Below, one piece after another: positions 18,058 through 27,164 of a stretch of 57,819 bases of DNA (position 1 is its first letter; each line of letters opens with the position of its first letter). Origin of the DNA: an uncultured Anaerolineaceae bacterium (GTDB lineage: Bacteria > Chloroflexota > Limnocylindria > Limnocylindrales > CSP1-4). The notes beneath the pieces are model-generated. The model was not told the DNA's origin and searched no databases. It saw nothing but the letters and a program-made list of their open reading frames with translations. The DNA is taken from assembly GCA_964393345.1 (NCBI GenBank), contig CAYMTJ010000008.1, forward strand, positions 8,574 through 66,392, read 5' to 3'. The position numbers and the translations under genes were made by a program.

Positions 18058-19983
18058 GTGGGCAAGAACGTCGCCGTCTTCGTGGACGTGGCGAACATCT
18101 TCTATGCGGCCAAGGCCGCGGGCGTGGACATCGACTACGTCACCCTGCTGAAGTCGGCCTCGGCCGGGCGAGACCTCGTGCGAGCCTATGCGTACACGGG
18201 GCTGGACCCTGACAACGAGAACCAGCGGAACTTCCACGACTTCCTGCGCCGCAGCAACTACAAGGTCGTGAGCAAGGACATCCGCAAGTACGGCGACGGC
18301 AAGGTCAAGGCGAACCTCGACATCGAGCTCGTCGTCGACATGATGAAGACGGCCCGCAATCTCGACATCGCGATCGTGGTGTCGGGCGACGGGGACTTCG
18401 CCCCGGCCATCCGCGCGGTCCAGGAGCAGGGCGTTCGCGTCGAGGTCATCAGCTTCCGCGGCAATACCAGCTCCGACCTCATCGAGGTCGCCGATCAGTT
18501 CACCGACATCGTCCAGCTGGCCAAGGTCGAGAAGGGCTCCCGATCGGGTCGGCGCGTCTCCGACGACGATGCGGATCTGTCGATGACCGAGGTCCCGGAC
18601 AAGCAGACCGAAGGGTCCGGCGCGGGCCGCGGCCGCGGCGGTCGCGGTCGCGGACGGGGTCGCCCGGGGGAGGCGGAGCCGGTCGTGGCGTCGTCAGGCC
18701 GCGGTCGAGCCCCGCGCCGAGCCGCGGCGCCGATCGCGGATGCCGGGGCCGGCGTCGTCGCGTTGCCTGGCGAGCGGCTGTCGCGGGCGCCGGGATCGCT
18801 GACCGAAGCGGACCTGGCGGGTGCCGAGGTCTTCACGCTCGATGATGACGACGCGAGCGACGGCGTCGGGATCGATCGCCTCGCCGAGGGTCCCGAGGCC
18901 GAAGACGGTCCGCGCCGCCGACGACGGCGTGGCGGTCGCGGTCGCGGCCGGGGCAGGGGACGGGTCGACGCCGACGGATCGGTCGCCACGTCGAGCCAGG
19001 ACCCCGAGGCGGATCCGGGTGCGGACGACGACGACGATGCCGACGCGCATCCGGAGGTGACCTCGACCCCGCTGCCGCGGGCACGGGCGCCCCGCCGCCC
19101 GGTCGCGCCGCGCGCGGCCGACGACGAGGACGCCCCGGTCGCGCCGACGCGACCTCGGACGACGCCGTTCGGCTCGGTGTGGGATTCGCAGATCGGGACG
19201 CCGACGCGTGCCACCGGTGAGGTCGCTCCCGTCGGCGACGACGAGGACTTCGACGAGCCGGAGATCCCCGAGTACCTGATCGCCGAGCAGCGTCGCGGCG
19301 CCGGCGGTCGATCCGGCGGCGGGAACCGCGGGCCACGTGGCGGGCGATCGGCCTACCAGGCGGCGATCTCCCGGGAACGCTACGGCCGCGGCGGCGGCGG
19401 GGGCGGGATCAATCGCTACCCGGACGTCAGCGGCCGGGAGACGCCCCCGCGCCAGGATCGCCCGTTCGAGCGGTCGGGACGTAACGCCTCGAGCGTGCCG
19501 CCGTCGGCACCGCGCGGCGGTGGGGAGTGGAGCGAGGTGCCGCCGGAGCTCGAGGCACAACTGCGCGCGCAGGTCCTCCAGAAGTCGACGGCCTCGCGGC
19601 CGACCGAGCCTGCCGCCCTCGCGGCCGAGCCCCGTGCCGAAGCGGGCGCCGGATCGCCAGACGCACCCGCGCCGAAGCCGCGAGCGACGCGGGCCCGCAA
19701 GCCGGTGACGACCGGTGACGGTCCGTCCGCAGCGAGCGGTCCCGGATCGGACGAAGCGGAGGGATCGGCGAAGCCGGCAGCCCGGGTGAAGTCCACGACG
19801 GCCAGGCCGAAGGCCACGCGCGCCCGCGCATCGGCCGCTGCCGTCCCGGATGATCAGGCGGGCGACGCGGACGCCCCGGCCTCGACGCCCCGCGCGACGC
19901 GTGCCCGCAAGACCCCGGCCGCGGACAAGACGACGGCGACGACGCCTCGCGCCACGCGGGCCCGCAAGCCGGCCGCCGGCTAG
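18058..19983 (+). CDS. NYN (LabA-like PIN) domain protein with a long RGG/Arg-rich disordered C-terminal tail
   Basis: GTG start lies 6 nt after AAGGAG. The NYN signature is VAVFVDVANIFY...IAIVVSGDGDFAPAI. The tail has (RG)n boxes, acidic runs and four P(R/K)ATRAR(K/A) repeats. Confidence 0.8.
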   Translation: MGKNVAVFVDVANIFYAAKAAGVDIDYVTLLKSASAGRDLVRAYAYTGLDPDNENQRNFHDFLRRSNYKVVSKDIRKYGDGKVKANLDIELVVDMMKTARNLDIAIVVSGDGDFAPAIRAVQEQGVRVEVISFRGNTSSDLIEVADQFTDIVQLAKVEKGSRSGRRVSDDDADLSMTEVPDKQTEGSGAGRGRGGRGRGRGRPGEAEPVVASSGRGRAPRRAAAPIADAGAGVVALPGERLSRAPGSLTEADLAGAEVFTLDDDDASDGVGIDRLAEGPEAEDGPRRRRRRGGRGRGRGRGRVDADGSVATSSQDPEADPGADDDDDADAHPEVTSTPLPRARAPRRPVAPRAADDEDAPVAPTRPRTTPFGSVWDSQIGTPTRATGEVAPVGDDEDFDEPEIPEYLIAEQRRGAGGRSGGGNRGPRGGRSAYQAAISRERYGRGGGGGGINRYPDVSGRETPPRQDRPFERSGRNASSVPPSAPRGGGEWSEVPPELEAQLRAQVLQKSTASRPTEPAALAAEPRAEAGAGSPDAPAPKPRATRARKPVTTGDGPSAASGPGSDEAEGSAKPAARVKSTTARPKATRARASAAAVPDDQAGDADAPASTPRATRARKTPAADKTTATTPRATRARKPAAG

Positions 19984-19992
19984 GCGCCCCTC

Positions 19993-21240
19993 ATGGAGGG
20001 GGCTCGCACCCGCGGCCACGGCCCGGCCCTCGCCGCCGTCGAGGCGATGATCCGCGGGCAGCCGCCCCACGCCCTGATCCTGAGCGGTCCGTCCGGGGTC
20101 GGGAAGACGACGCTCGCCCTCGACCTCGCGGCCGGACTCCTGTGCGGGGCCCAGGATCCGCGTGATCGACCCTGTCGGGCCTGCCGCGCCTGCCGGCTCG
20201 TCGACCGCGGCGCGCATCCGGACCTGCACCGGCTGACCCCGGCCGGTCCGGGCGGCCAGGTGGTGATCGGCGGACCCAGGTCGGAGCATCGCGGCGTCCG
20301 CGACCTCGTGGCCGACCTGTCGCTGGCACCGCTGGAGGGCGGTGCTCGCATCGCGATCATCGAATCGGCGCACCGGATGACCGAGGATGCCCAGGCCGCC
20401 CTGCTCAAGACGCTCGAGGAGCCGCCCGCCCGCGTGACCATCGTCGCGTGCGCGGACGATGCGTCGCACCTGTTGCCGACCGTCCGGTCACGCTGCGCAC
20501 GACTTCGGCTCGGACCGGTGGGCGCCCGAGACATCGAGGCCTTCCTCGCGGAGCGTGGGGCCGCCGATGCCCCGACCGCGGCCCGCGTCGCCCGACTCGC
20601 CTCGGGGCGGCCCGGCCTGGCCCTGGCCTACGCGTCGTCGGCCGACGCGCCGCGGCTGCACGGGGAGATCGCCCGGACCGTCCTCGATCTCGTCGATGCC
20701 GCGCCGGCGGTCCGTCTCGCGACGGTAAGATCCGCGATGGTCGTGGCGATGGGGCTCGCGCGGGCCATCGACGCGGGCATCGCCGCCGCGCGCGGGTCGG
20801 ACGACGAGACCGCTGGGACCCGCGGGCCGCAGCGTCGGGCGCCGGCCCGGGCCGGAGCGACGCCTCCCGCAGCGGCCGACGACGTTGCGGCGCCCGCGGG
20901 GAACGGCGACACCGACGACGCGGGGCTTCCCGATGCTGGCACGCCCGCGACCACCGTCCCGCCCGCCCATCGTCGCCGCGCCGCCGAACTGCTCATCGGC
21001 GTCGCGATCGGCGTCGCTCGTGACATGGCCCTCGTGGCGGATGGGGGCCAGCGATCGGTCGGCGCCCCGGACCTCCTCGAGGAGCTGCTGGCGGTCGACG
21101 CCCGGGTTCCGGCGGGCGCCGCCGCGGCGGCCCTCGGTCGCGCGGAACGGGCCGCGACACTGGTCGCCGCGAACGTGAACCCGGAACTGGTCCTCGACGA
21201 TCTCGTGCTCGGATGGCCGACCGGCCGGCGGGCCGCCTGA
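19993..21240 (+). CDS. holB: DNA polymerase III subunit delta-prime
   Basis: HALILSGPSGVGKTTLA, zinc module CRACRACR, and SRC motif PTVRSRCARLRL. Confidence 0.9.
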   Translation: MEGARTRGHGPALAAVEAMIRGQPPHALILSGPSGVGKTTLALDLAAGLLCGAQDPRDRPCRACRACRLVDRGAHPDLHRLTPAGPGGQVVIGGPRSEHRGVRDLVADLSLAPLEGGARIAIIESAHRMTEDAQAALLKTLEEPPARVTIVACADDASHLLPTVRSRCARLRLGPVGARDIEAFLAERGAADAPTAARVARLASGRPGLALAYASSADAPRLHGEIARTVLDLVDAAPAVRLATVRSAMVVAMGLARAIDAGIAAARGSDDETAGTRGPQRRAPARAGATPPAAADDVAAPAGNGDTDDAGLPDAGTPATTVPPAHRRRAAELLIGVAIGVARDMALVADGGQRSVGAPDLLEELLAVDARVPAGAAAAALGRAERAATLVAANVNPELVLDDLVLGWPTGRRAA

Positions 21241-21263
21241 CCGTGCCGCCGGACCCGCGATCG

Positions 21264-21557
21264 GTGGATGCCCGGCTGGAGGCGTCCATCCACGGGCGGG
21301 TGCAGGGCGTCGGCTTTCGCTACTTCGTCTGGCGCGAGGCGGGGTCGCTGGACCTCCGCGGGTGGGTGGCCAACGAGATAGACGGCACGGTCCGCTGCGT
21401 CGCCGAGGGCCCGCGCGATCGTCTCGAGGCCCTGCTGGCCCGCCTCGAGGCCGGCCCGCCGGCGGCGATCGTCGAGCGCGTCGTGACGGTCTGGGGACCC
21501 GCGTCGGGGTCACTCGGGCCGTTCGGCGTGCGAAGCGGGGCACATCGCGGCGATTGA
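21264..21557 (+). CDS. acyP: acylphosphatase
   Basis: IHGRVQGVGFRYFV and GWVANEIDGTVRCVAEG motifs. I chose the GTG at 21264. The ATG at 21213 would overlap holB by 28 nt. Confidence 0.8.
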   Translation: MDARLEASIHGRVQGVGFRYFVWREAGSLDLRGWVANEIDGTVRCVAEGPRDRLEALLARLEAGPPAAIVERVVTVWGPASGSLGPFGVRSGAHRGD

Positions 21558-21637
21558 ACCCCGAACCAACGGACGCCCACGAACGGGACCGGTGGGCTAT
21601 TCCGCTTGGGACCATCGGGGCGCAGGGTGACGCCACG

Positions 21638-21907
21638 ATGGAGCCGAATTCTGCGGCCGAGGAGCTTCCCGCCCTCTACCGCGCCATCCTCGATCGCGTC
21701 GCCCAGCTCGAATCCGGCGGCGAGCGGGTGGAGGCCGCCCGCGTTCGCGCGAGCGCGACGAAGATCTACTCGCGGGCGTGGGATGACCGAGCACGTCGTG
21801 GGCTCGAGGAGCTGCTGCGCCGGACCAGCCCGCCACCGGGATCGGCACCGTCGGGCCAGGCCGTCGCCAAGCCCGCCGTGGGTCGTCGGAGCGCCGCGAC
21901 CTCCTGA
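21638..21907 (+). CDS. hypothetical small protein (helical N-half, basic disordered tail)
   Basis: 89 aa from the internal ATG of a longer track ORF. GC3-rich codons, no family recognised. Confidence 0.45.
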   Translation: MEPNSAAEELPALYRAILDRVAQLESGGERVEAARVRASATKIYSRAWDDRARRGLEELLRRTSPPPGSAPSGQAVAKPAVGRRSAATS

Positions 21908-21934
21908 CGCCGTGGCGCCGTACGCTATGACGGC

Positions 21935-22249
21935 ATGGTCGACCCGATCGCTCCTCCCGACACCGTTCCGGCCCTGATCGCGCGCGCGATCGACGCCTAT
22001 GCCGACCTCGAGACCCTGGGCGAGGCCATCGACGACGAGTGGACCTACGTCACGGACCTGGCCTCGGCATGGCGGGAGCGGCTCGAGGAGGTCGCGGGCT
22101 CCATGGCGGAACCGGCGCCTCCCGGCGCCGGAGCGGCGGTCGACCGGGCGATCGACGAGATCGGACGGATCCGCGACCCGCATCGCGCCATCGACTGGCT
22201 CTCGACGTTCCCGATGGTCGTCCTCCTGGCTGTCGGTGCGGAGCCGTGA
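21935..22249 (+). CDS. hypothetical acidic helical protein
   Basis: 104 aa with strongly GC3-biased codons. The stop overlaps the next start (GTGA). Confidence 0.55.
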   Translation: MVDPIAPPDTVPALIARAIDAYADLETLGEAIDDEWTYVTDLASAWRERLEEVAGSMAEPAPPGAGAAVDRAIDEIGRIRDPHRAIDWLSTFPMVVLLAVGAEP

Positions 22250-22920
22250 GGTTCCAGGACGCGGCGCGTGACGCGCGCACCGTCGTCTACGCCGGTGTCC
22301 AGGCCGATCCGACCGTGGCGACCATGGCGGATCTGCTCGTCGATGCGTCATCGGCCGAGCGTGTCATGGCGCGGGCCGTCATGACCGGCGAGACCCTTGA
22401 CCCTGATGCATGGCGGGCGATGTTCCCGTCGGTCTTCGGGCCGCAGGCGCCGGCGACCGTCCGGGATCGCGCGGCATCGATCCTGACGGCCGCCCTCGCG
22501 ATCGCCGACCGCGGAGACGAGGTCCGCAACCAGCTCCGCGGGGCCACCCTGGAGGCGCTCACCGAGCGACTCCTGGCCCGGCGCGTCGGGCCGGACGTCC
22601 TCCGGCGCGAGCGGCGCATCCTGTTCGACGGCGTCACTGCGGAGATCCACCCGTATGACGTGACGGTCGAGCGGCACGGGGCGGCGGAGGCCTATGACTG
22701 CAAGTGGGGTGCGCGGGGCATCAACGCCGACGTGCTCCATCAGCTCGACGACGCCCGGACCCATGCGCAGGACGAGGACGAGCCACTGGCGGTCACGCTC
22801 GTCGTCTTCGATGCCGTTCGCTCGTGTGCCGTCCGGCTGGCGCGCCAGACCGCGCCCCACGCGTCGACGAGGATCGTCGGCCTCGAGACGCTGGACACCC
22901 TCGCCGACGATCCGCGATGA
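22246..22920 (+). CDS. hypothetical protein with a PD-(D/E)XK-like motif
   Basis: GTG start coupled to the upstream gene. The C-terminal half has EALTERLL...HPYDVTVERHGAAEAYDCKWG (E, D, D-x-K spacing). No confident family call. Confidence 0.5.
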   Translation: MRFQDAARDARTVVYAGVQADPTVATMADLLVDASSAERVMARAVMTGETLDPDAWRAMFPSVFGPQAPATVRDRAASILTAALAIADRGDEVRNQLRGATLEALTERLLARRVGPDVLRRERRILFDGVTAEIHPYDVTVERHGAAEAYDCKWGARGINADVLHQLDDARTHAQDEDEPLAVTLVVFDAVRSCAVRLARQTAPHASTRIVGLETLDTLADDPR

Positions 22921-23666
22921 CCGGCCTGTCGACTGACGGGCGGGCTTACCACGCGGTCACGCGCGTCCGGTTCGACGAGGCAGGGCCCGACGGATCCCTG
23001 CGGACGTCGAGCGCGTTGCGCTACGCACAGGACCTCGCCTGGCAGCACTCGGCCGCGAAGGGGTTCGACCGGGCCTGGTACGCGGAGCACGGCCTCACCT
23101 GGCTCGTGCGGGCCGCGAGACTGGAGATCCGGTCACCCGTCGGCGTGGGCGCCACGATCGAGGGGGTCACCGAGGTCGTCGGCATGCGGCGCGTCTGGTC
23201 ACGTCGACGGTCCACGTTCGAGGATCCCGCCGGCGTCACGCTCGCGGTCGTGGACATCGACTGGGTCTTGCTGGATGGGCGGGGCCAGCCCGTCCGCATC
23301 CCGCCGGTCTTCGAGTCGCTCCTCGGGTCGGCATCGGGGCCGGTGGAGCTCGGACGGGTCGTCCTGGGCGAGCCCGCGACGGACGCCCGGCGCCGGACGT
23401 TGATCGTGCGACCGCAGGAGCTCGACCCGCTCGATCACGTCAACAACGCCGTCTACGCCGACTGGCTCGACGAGGCCATCATCGACGCGGGCGACACCGC
23501 GGCGACGCGCGTCGTCCCGCGCGTGGCGCGCCTGGAGTACGCGTCCGCGGCCGGACCGTTCGAGGCCCTGGACGTGATCGCATGGCGCGAGGGCGTCGGC
23601 TGGTCCATGCGCGTCGACGGGCCGGCGGGTGACGTCCGGATGCGCGCGCGCCTCGAGCGCGGCTGA
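22917..23666 (+). CDS. acyl-ACP / acyl-CoA thioesterase family protein (double hotdog)
   Basis: ATGA overlap with the upstream gene. Two hotdog halves, with the second starting ...VRPQELDPLDHVNNAVYADWL. Confidence 0.72.
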   Translation: MTGLSTDGRAYHAVTRVRFDEAGPDGSLRTSSALRYAQDLAWQHSAAKGFDRAWYAEHGLTWLVRAARLEIRSPVGVGATIEGVTEVVGMRRVWSRRRSTFEDPAGVTLAVVDIDWVLLDGRGQPVRIPPVFESLLGSASGPVELGRVVLGEPATDARRRTLIVRPQELDPLDHVNNAVYADWLDEAIIDAGDTAATRVVPRVARLEYASAAGPFEALDVIAWREGVGWSMRVDGPAGDVRMRARLERG

Positions 23667-23850
23667 CGGCTGCGACCGTCATTTCGTGGTGCTCGGGCGC
23701 ACCGAATGACCCATCTGGACCGCCACAGACCACCCCATTCTGCACATGACCGTCCGAAGTGCGGTAGCCTGAAGGCCCCATTGCGACACCGGTCTGCTCA
23801 CCAGACCTTTGATGTCGCTCACGCATCACCCCTGGTAGCAGGAGGACGCC

Positions 23851-25065
23851 ATGGCGTCGCCCCTACCCGGCATGCGCTTTCGTCGCAGTCGGATCACCCT
23901 CGCCACCCTCATGGTCGCGACCCTCTCTGTCGCCTCGGCCGGCGCGCCGTCGATCGCCGACGCGGCCTGCGGGTCGTTCCAGTCGCGGGTCGACAACGCC
24001 CGGACCGGCAGCACCATCACGATCCCGAGATGCACCTTCAACGAGTCCGTGGTCATCCGCAAGCGGCTCACGATCCTCGCGTACGGCGCGACGATCGACG
24101 CCGGCGGCCGGAACCATGGGGTTCGCGTGGAGGCCAGCGACGTCACGATCAAGGGCTTGCACGTCCGGAATGCGAGCGGCGGTTCGCACGATGGCGCGAT
24201 CCACCTCAACGGCCACTCCCGCCTGACCCTCCGTCGCGTCAAGGTCTTCGACAGCGACACCGTCTGCCTGTCGCTCAACGGCGGCTCCGGTCACCGGATC
24301 CTGTACACGAGCCTCAAGCGGTGCGGCAAGGAGGGCTACTTCGGGAACGGCATCTCGAACACGGTCTTCGAGCACAACTGGATCCACCACAACAACACGA
24401 ACCTCGCGTTCGACCCGCAGGTCGAGGCCGGCGGCGGGAAGATCATGGCCAGTACCGGCATCACGTTCGCCGCGAACAAGGTCTGGAAGAACGGCGGACC
24501 CGGGATCTGGTTCGACAACGGCGTCAGGAACGTCGTCGTCCGCGACAACCGGGTCTGGGAGAACCACGAATCCGGGATCATGTTCGAGATCAGCAGCGGC
24601 GCGAAGATCTACCGGAACCGTGTCTGGAAGAACGGCTTCGGCCACGCGGCGTGGGGCTTCGGTGCCGGCATCCTCATCAGCTCGTCGGACGGGGCGTCGA
24701 TCCACCACAACACGGTGGCCTGGAACGCCCGCGGCATCAGCGTCATCAGCCAGTCCCGGCAACTGAGCCCGCACACCGGCAACGTCGTGCACGACAACGT
24801 GATCATCAGCGCCGGGACGAAGTTCGTGACCGGGTTCTATGACGATCACGGCGGAAGCCTGTACTCGTCCGGCAACGGCAACCGGGGCTGGGGCAACCGC
24901 TACTGGATCGCCGGTGACCGGACGTCGAGCGACCGGTTCCACTGGGGCGGTGGGCGATCCACGCTGTCGTCCTACAACGCCACGCCCGGTGAGGCGAGCG
25001 GCGACTACATCTCCACGGCCAAGCGCAACAGGATCCTCCGTTCGAAGGACATGCCCCTGAGCTGA
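23851..25065 (+). CDS. secreted right-handed parallel beta-helix repeat protein
   Basis: Signal peptide ending ADA, and repeated N-x-I/V turns (HNWIHHNNT, DNRVWENHESGIMFE, HHNTVAWNARGISV). SD AGGAGGA lies upstream. Confidence 0.8.
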   Translation: MASPLPGMRFRRSRITLATLMVATLSVASAGAPSIADAACGSFQSRVDNARTGSTITIPRCTFNESVVIRKRLTILAYGATIDAGGRNHGVRVEASDVTIKGLHVRNASGGSHDGAIHLNGHSRLTLRRVKVFDSDTVCLSLNGGSGHRILYTSLKRCGKEGYFGNGISNTVFEHNWIHHNNTNLAFDPQVEAGGGKIMASTGITFAANKVWKNGGPGIWFDNGVRNVVVRDNRVWENHESGIMFEISSGAKIYRNRVWKNGFGHAAWGFGAGILISSSDGASIHHNTVAWNARGISVISQSRQLSPHTGNVVHDNVIISAGTKFVTGFYDDHGGSLYSSGNGNRGWGNRYWIAGDRTSSDRFHWGGGRSTLSSYNATPGEASGDYISTAKRNRILRSKDMPLS

Positions 25066-25137
25066 TCGTCCCGTGCCGGGACCCGGTGAGGGGTCAGGGC
25101 GCATCCCTCTCCCCACCGAACTCGAGGAGGACGCACG

Positions 25138-27150
25138 ATGGCGTCGACCCCGTCCCGGCACGCGGCCAGCGCGCCCCAGCCTGACTCGAACCACCCGGCC
25201 CCGCGACGGGCGCGGCGCGGCCGTGGCCGCGCGTTCCTGGTCGCGCTCGTCCTCGCGGCGACCGCGGTCGGCGCCCCGACGCAGGCGCCCGACACGTCGG
25301 CCGCGTGCGGCTCGTTCCAGTCGATGGTCGATTCGGCCGCGTCCGGCAGCACGATCACCATCCCGCCGTGCACCTACACCGAGATCGTGGAAGTCCGCAA
25401 GCCGCTCACGATCAACGCCGCGGGCGTGACGATCGACGGCGGCGACACGCGGGCCTACGGGATCAAGATCCTGGCCAGCGACGTGACGGTCAACGGACTG
25501 ACCGTGACCCGGGTCAAGGGTGGCGCGCACGTCGGGGCGGTGTGGACCACCGGTATCTCGCGGTTCACCTTCCGCGACGGCGTGGCCCGCGACAGCGCGA
25601 CGGTGTGCGTCTCGCTCAACGGTGGCAGCGGCCACCGGATCCTCGACTCGCGGATGACCGGTTGTGGCAAGGAGGGCTACTTCGCCAACGGCACCACCGA
25701 CATCCTGTTCCGGGGCAATCGGATCGACCACAACAACACGGATCTGGCCTTCGACCCGCAGAGCGAGGCCGGCGGCGGCAAGGTCATGGCCAGCAGCGGC
25801 GTCACGTTCGACAGCAACGAGGTCGACCACAACGGTGGACCCGGCATCTGGTTCGACAACGGCGTCTCGAACGTGACCGTCATCAACAACTCGTCGCACG
25901 ACAATCACGAGTCCGGGATCATGTTCGAGATCTCCAGCAACGCGACGATCTCGAACAACGCGGTCTGGAACAACGGCTTCGGCCACGCCGCGTGGGGGTT
26001 CGGTGCCGGGATCCTGGTCAGCTCGTCCGATGGCGCGCGCATCATCGGCAACACGGTCGCGTGGAACGCGCGCGGGATCTCCGTCATCAGCCAGGGCCGG
26101 AACCTCTCGCCACACAGCGGCAACGAGATCCGGGACAACGTCATCGTGAGCCAGGGCGGCTCGTTCGTCGCGGGCTTCTACGACGATCACGGCGGCAGCC
26201 TGTTCACGAACTCGAACTCGAACTCCGGCAGCGGCAACCGCTACTGGATCGGCGCCGCGGAGCCGTCCAATGACCGCTTCCATTGGTCCGGACCGCGCTC
26301 CACCCTGTCCGCCTACAACGGCACGCCCGGCGAGGACGGCGGCTCGTATCTCTCGACGAGCGCCCGGGACGCCGCCCTGGCGGCCGCTGGGATCGGCAGC
26401 AGCGGCACGCCGCCGCCCGCTCCGAAGCCGCCCGCTCCGCCGCCCGCTCCGAAGCCCCCGACCCCGCCGAAGGATCCCGCGCCGCCGAAGCCGTCGGCCC
26501 CGAAGCCGGACGTCGAGACACCGACCTTCTCGCTCCGAACGGGTCGCCACGGCCTCAACGACACCGTCCCGGCGCGGATCCGTTGGGGGGCGACCGCGGG
26601 GGCGTCGCGCTACCAGCTCCAGCTCAAGCGCGTGGGCGGCGAATACGTCACGGTCCCGCTGCCCACCGCGACGGCCCGCTCGAAGGCCATCGTGCTGCTG
26701 ACGAGCAAGGACTACCGGGCCCGCCTGCGGGTCAAGGTGGATGGGCGGTGGAGTGACTGGGCCACGAGTGCCACGATCGACGTGGACCGCGCCCAGGAGA
26801 CCAACGCGGCCATCGACTACGACGGCACCTGGATCCGACGGTCCCACCCGGGAGCGTCGGGCGGCCATCTCCGCGCGGCGAGCGACGACGGCGCATCGGC
26901 GACCTTCGAGTTCACCGGCCGCTCGGTCGCGTGGGTGGCCCCGAAGGGCCCGTCCCGCGGCTCGGCAGAGGTCTGGGTGGACGGCTCGTACCGGACCACG
27001 ATCGACCTGCGGCGCTCCGGGCCGCGCGCGCGGGCCGTCGTCTTCGCCACGTCGTGGAGTGGTCGCGGTGACCACACGATCGAGATCAAGGTGCTCGGGA
27101 CCGACGGGCATCCGCGCGTCGACGTCGACGCGTTCATCGTCCTCGACTGA
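25138..27150 (+). CDS. secreted beta-helix repeat protein, paralog of the upstream gene with a Pro-rich linker and two extra C-terminal beta domains
   Basis: Collinear with 23851-25065 (AACGSFQS..., GGPGIWFDNGV, HESGIMFEISS, NGFGHAAWGFGAGI identical or nearly so). Then the linker PPPAPKPPAPPPAPKPPTPPKDPAPPKPSAPKP, then Fn3-like and jelly-roll-like segments. Confidence 0.8.
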   Translation: MASTPSRHAASAPQPDSNHPAPRRARRGRGRAFLVALVLAATAVGAPTQAPDTSAACGSFQSMVDSAASGSTITIPPCTYTEIVEVRKPLTINAAGVTIDGGDTRAYGIKILASDVTVNGLTVTRVKGGAHVGAVWTTGISRFTFRDGVARDSATVCVSLNGGSGHRILDSRMTGCGKEGYFANGTTDILFRGNRIDHNNTDLAFDPQSEAGGGKVMASSGVTFDSNEVDHNGGPGIWFDNGVSNVTVINNSSHDNHESGIMFEISSNATISNNAVWNNGFGHAAWGFGAGILVSSSDGARIIGNTVAWNARGISVISQGRNLSPHSGNEIRDNVIVSQGGSFVAGFYDDHGGSLFTNSNSNSGSGNRYWIGAAEPSNDRFHWSGPRSTLSAYNGTPGEDGGSYLSTSARDAALAAAGIGSSGTPPPAPKPPAPPPAPKPPTPPKDPAPPKPSAPKPDVETPTFSLRTGRHGLNDTVPARIRWGATAGASRYQLQLKRVGGEYVTVPLPTATARSKAIVLLTSKDYRARLRVKVDGRWSDWATSATIDVDRAQETNAAIDYDGTWIRRSHPGASGGHLRAASDDGASATFEFTGRSVAWVAPKGPSRGSAEVWVDGSYRTTIDLRRSGPRARAVVFATSWSGRGDHTIEIKVLGTDGHPRVDVDAFIVLD

Positions 27151-27164
27151 TCGCCGCGGATCGC

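Noticed and set aside
18620-18960. (GGTCGC)n / (CGCGGC)n microsatellite-like tracts, which could be mistaken for a repeat array.
   Set aside because: They are in frame and encode the (RG)n boxes of the NYN protein tail. There is no spacer-repeat organisation, so this is not a CRISPR array or a non-coding satellite.
23791-23807. Small hairpin GGTCTG-ctcac-CAGACC followed by TTT, upstream of the first beta-helix gene.
   Set aside because: It has only a 6-bp stem and lies well downstream of the thioesterase stop (23666). That is too weak to call a terminator or a riboregulator.
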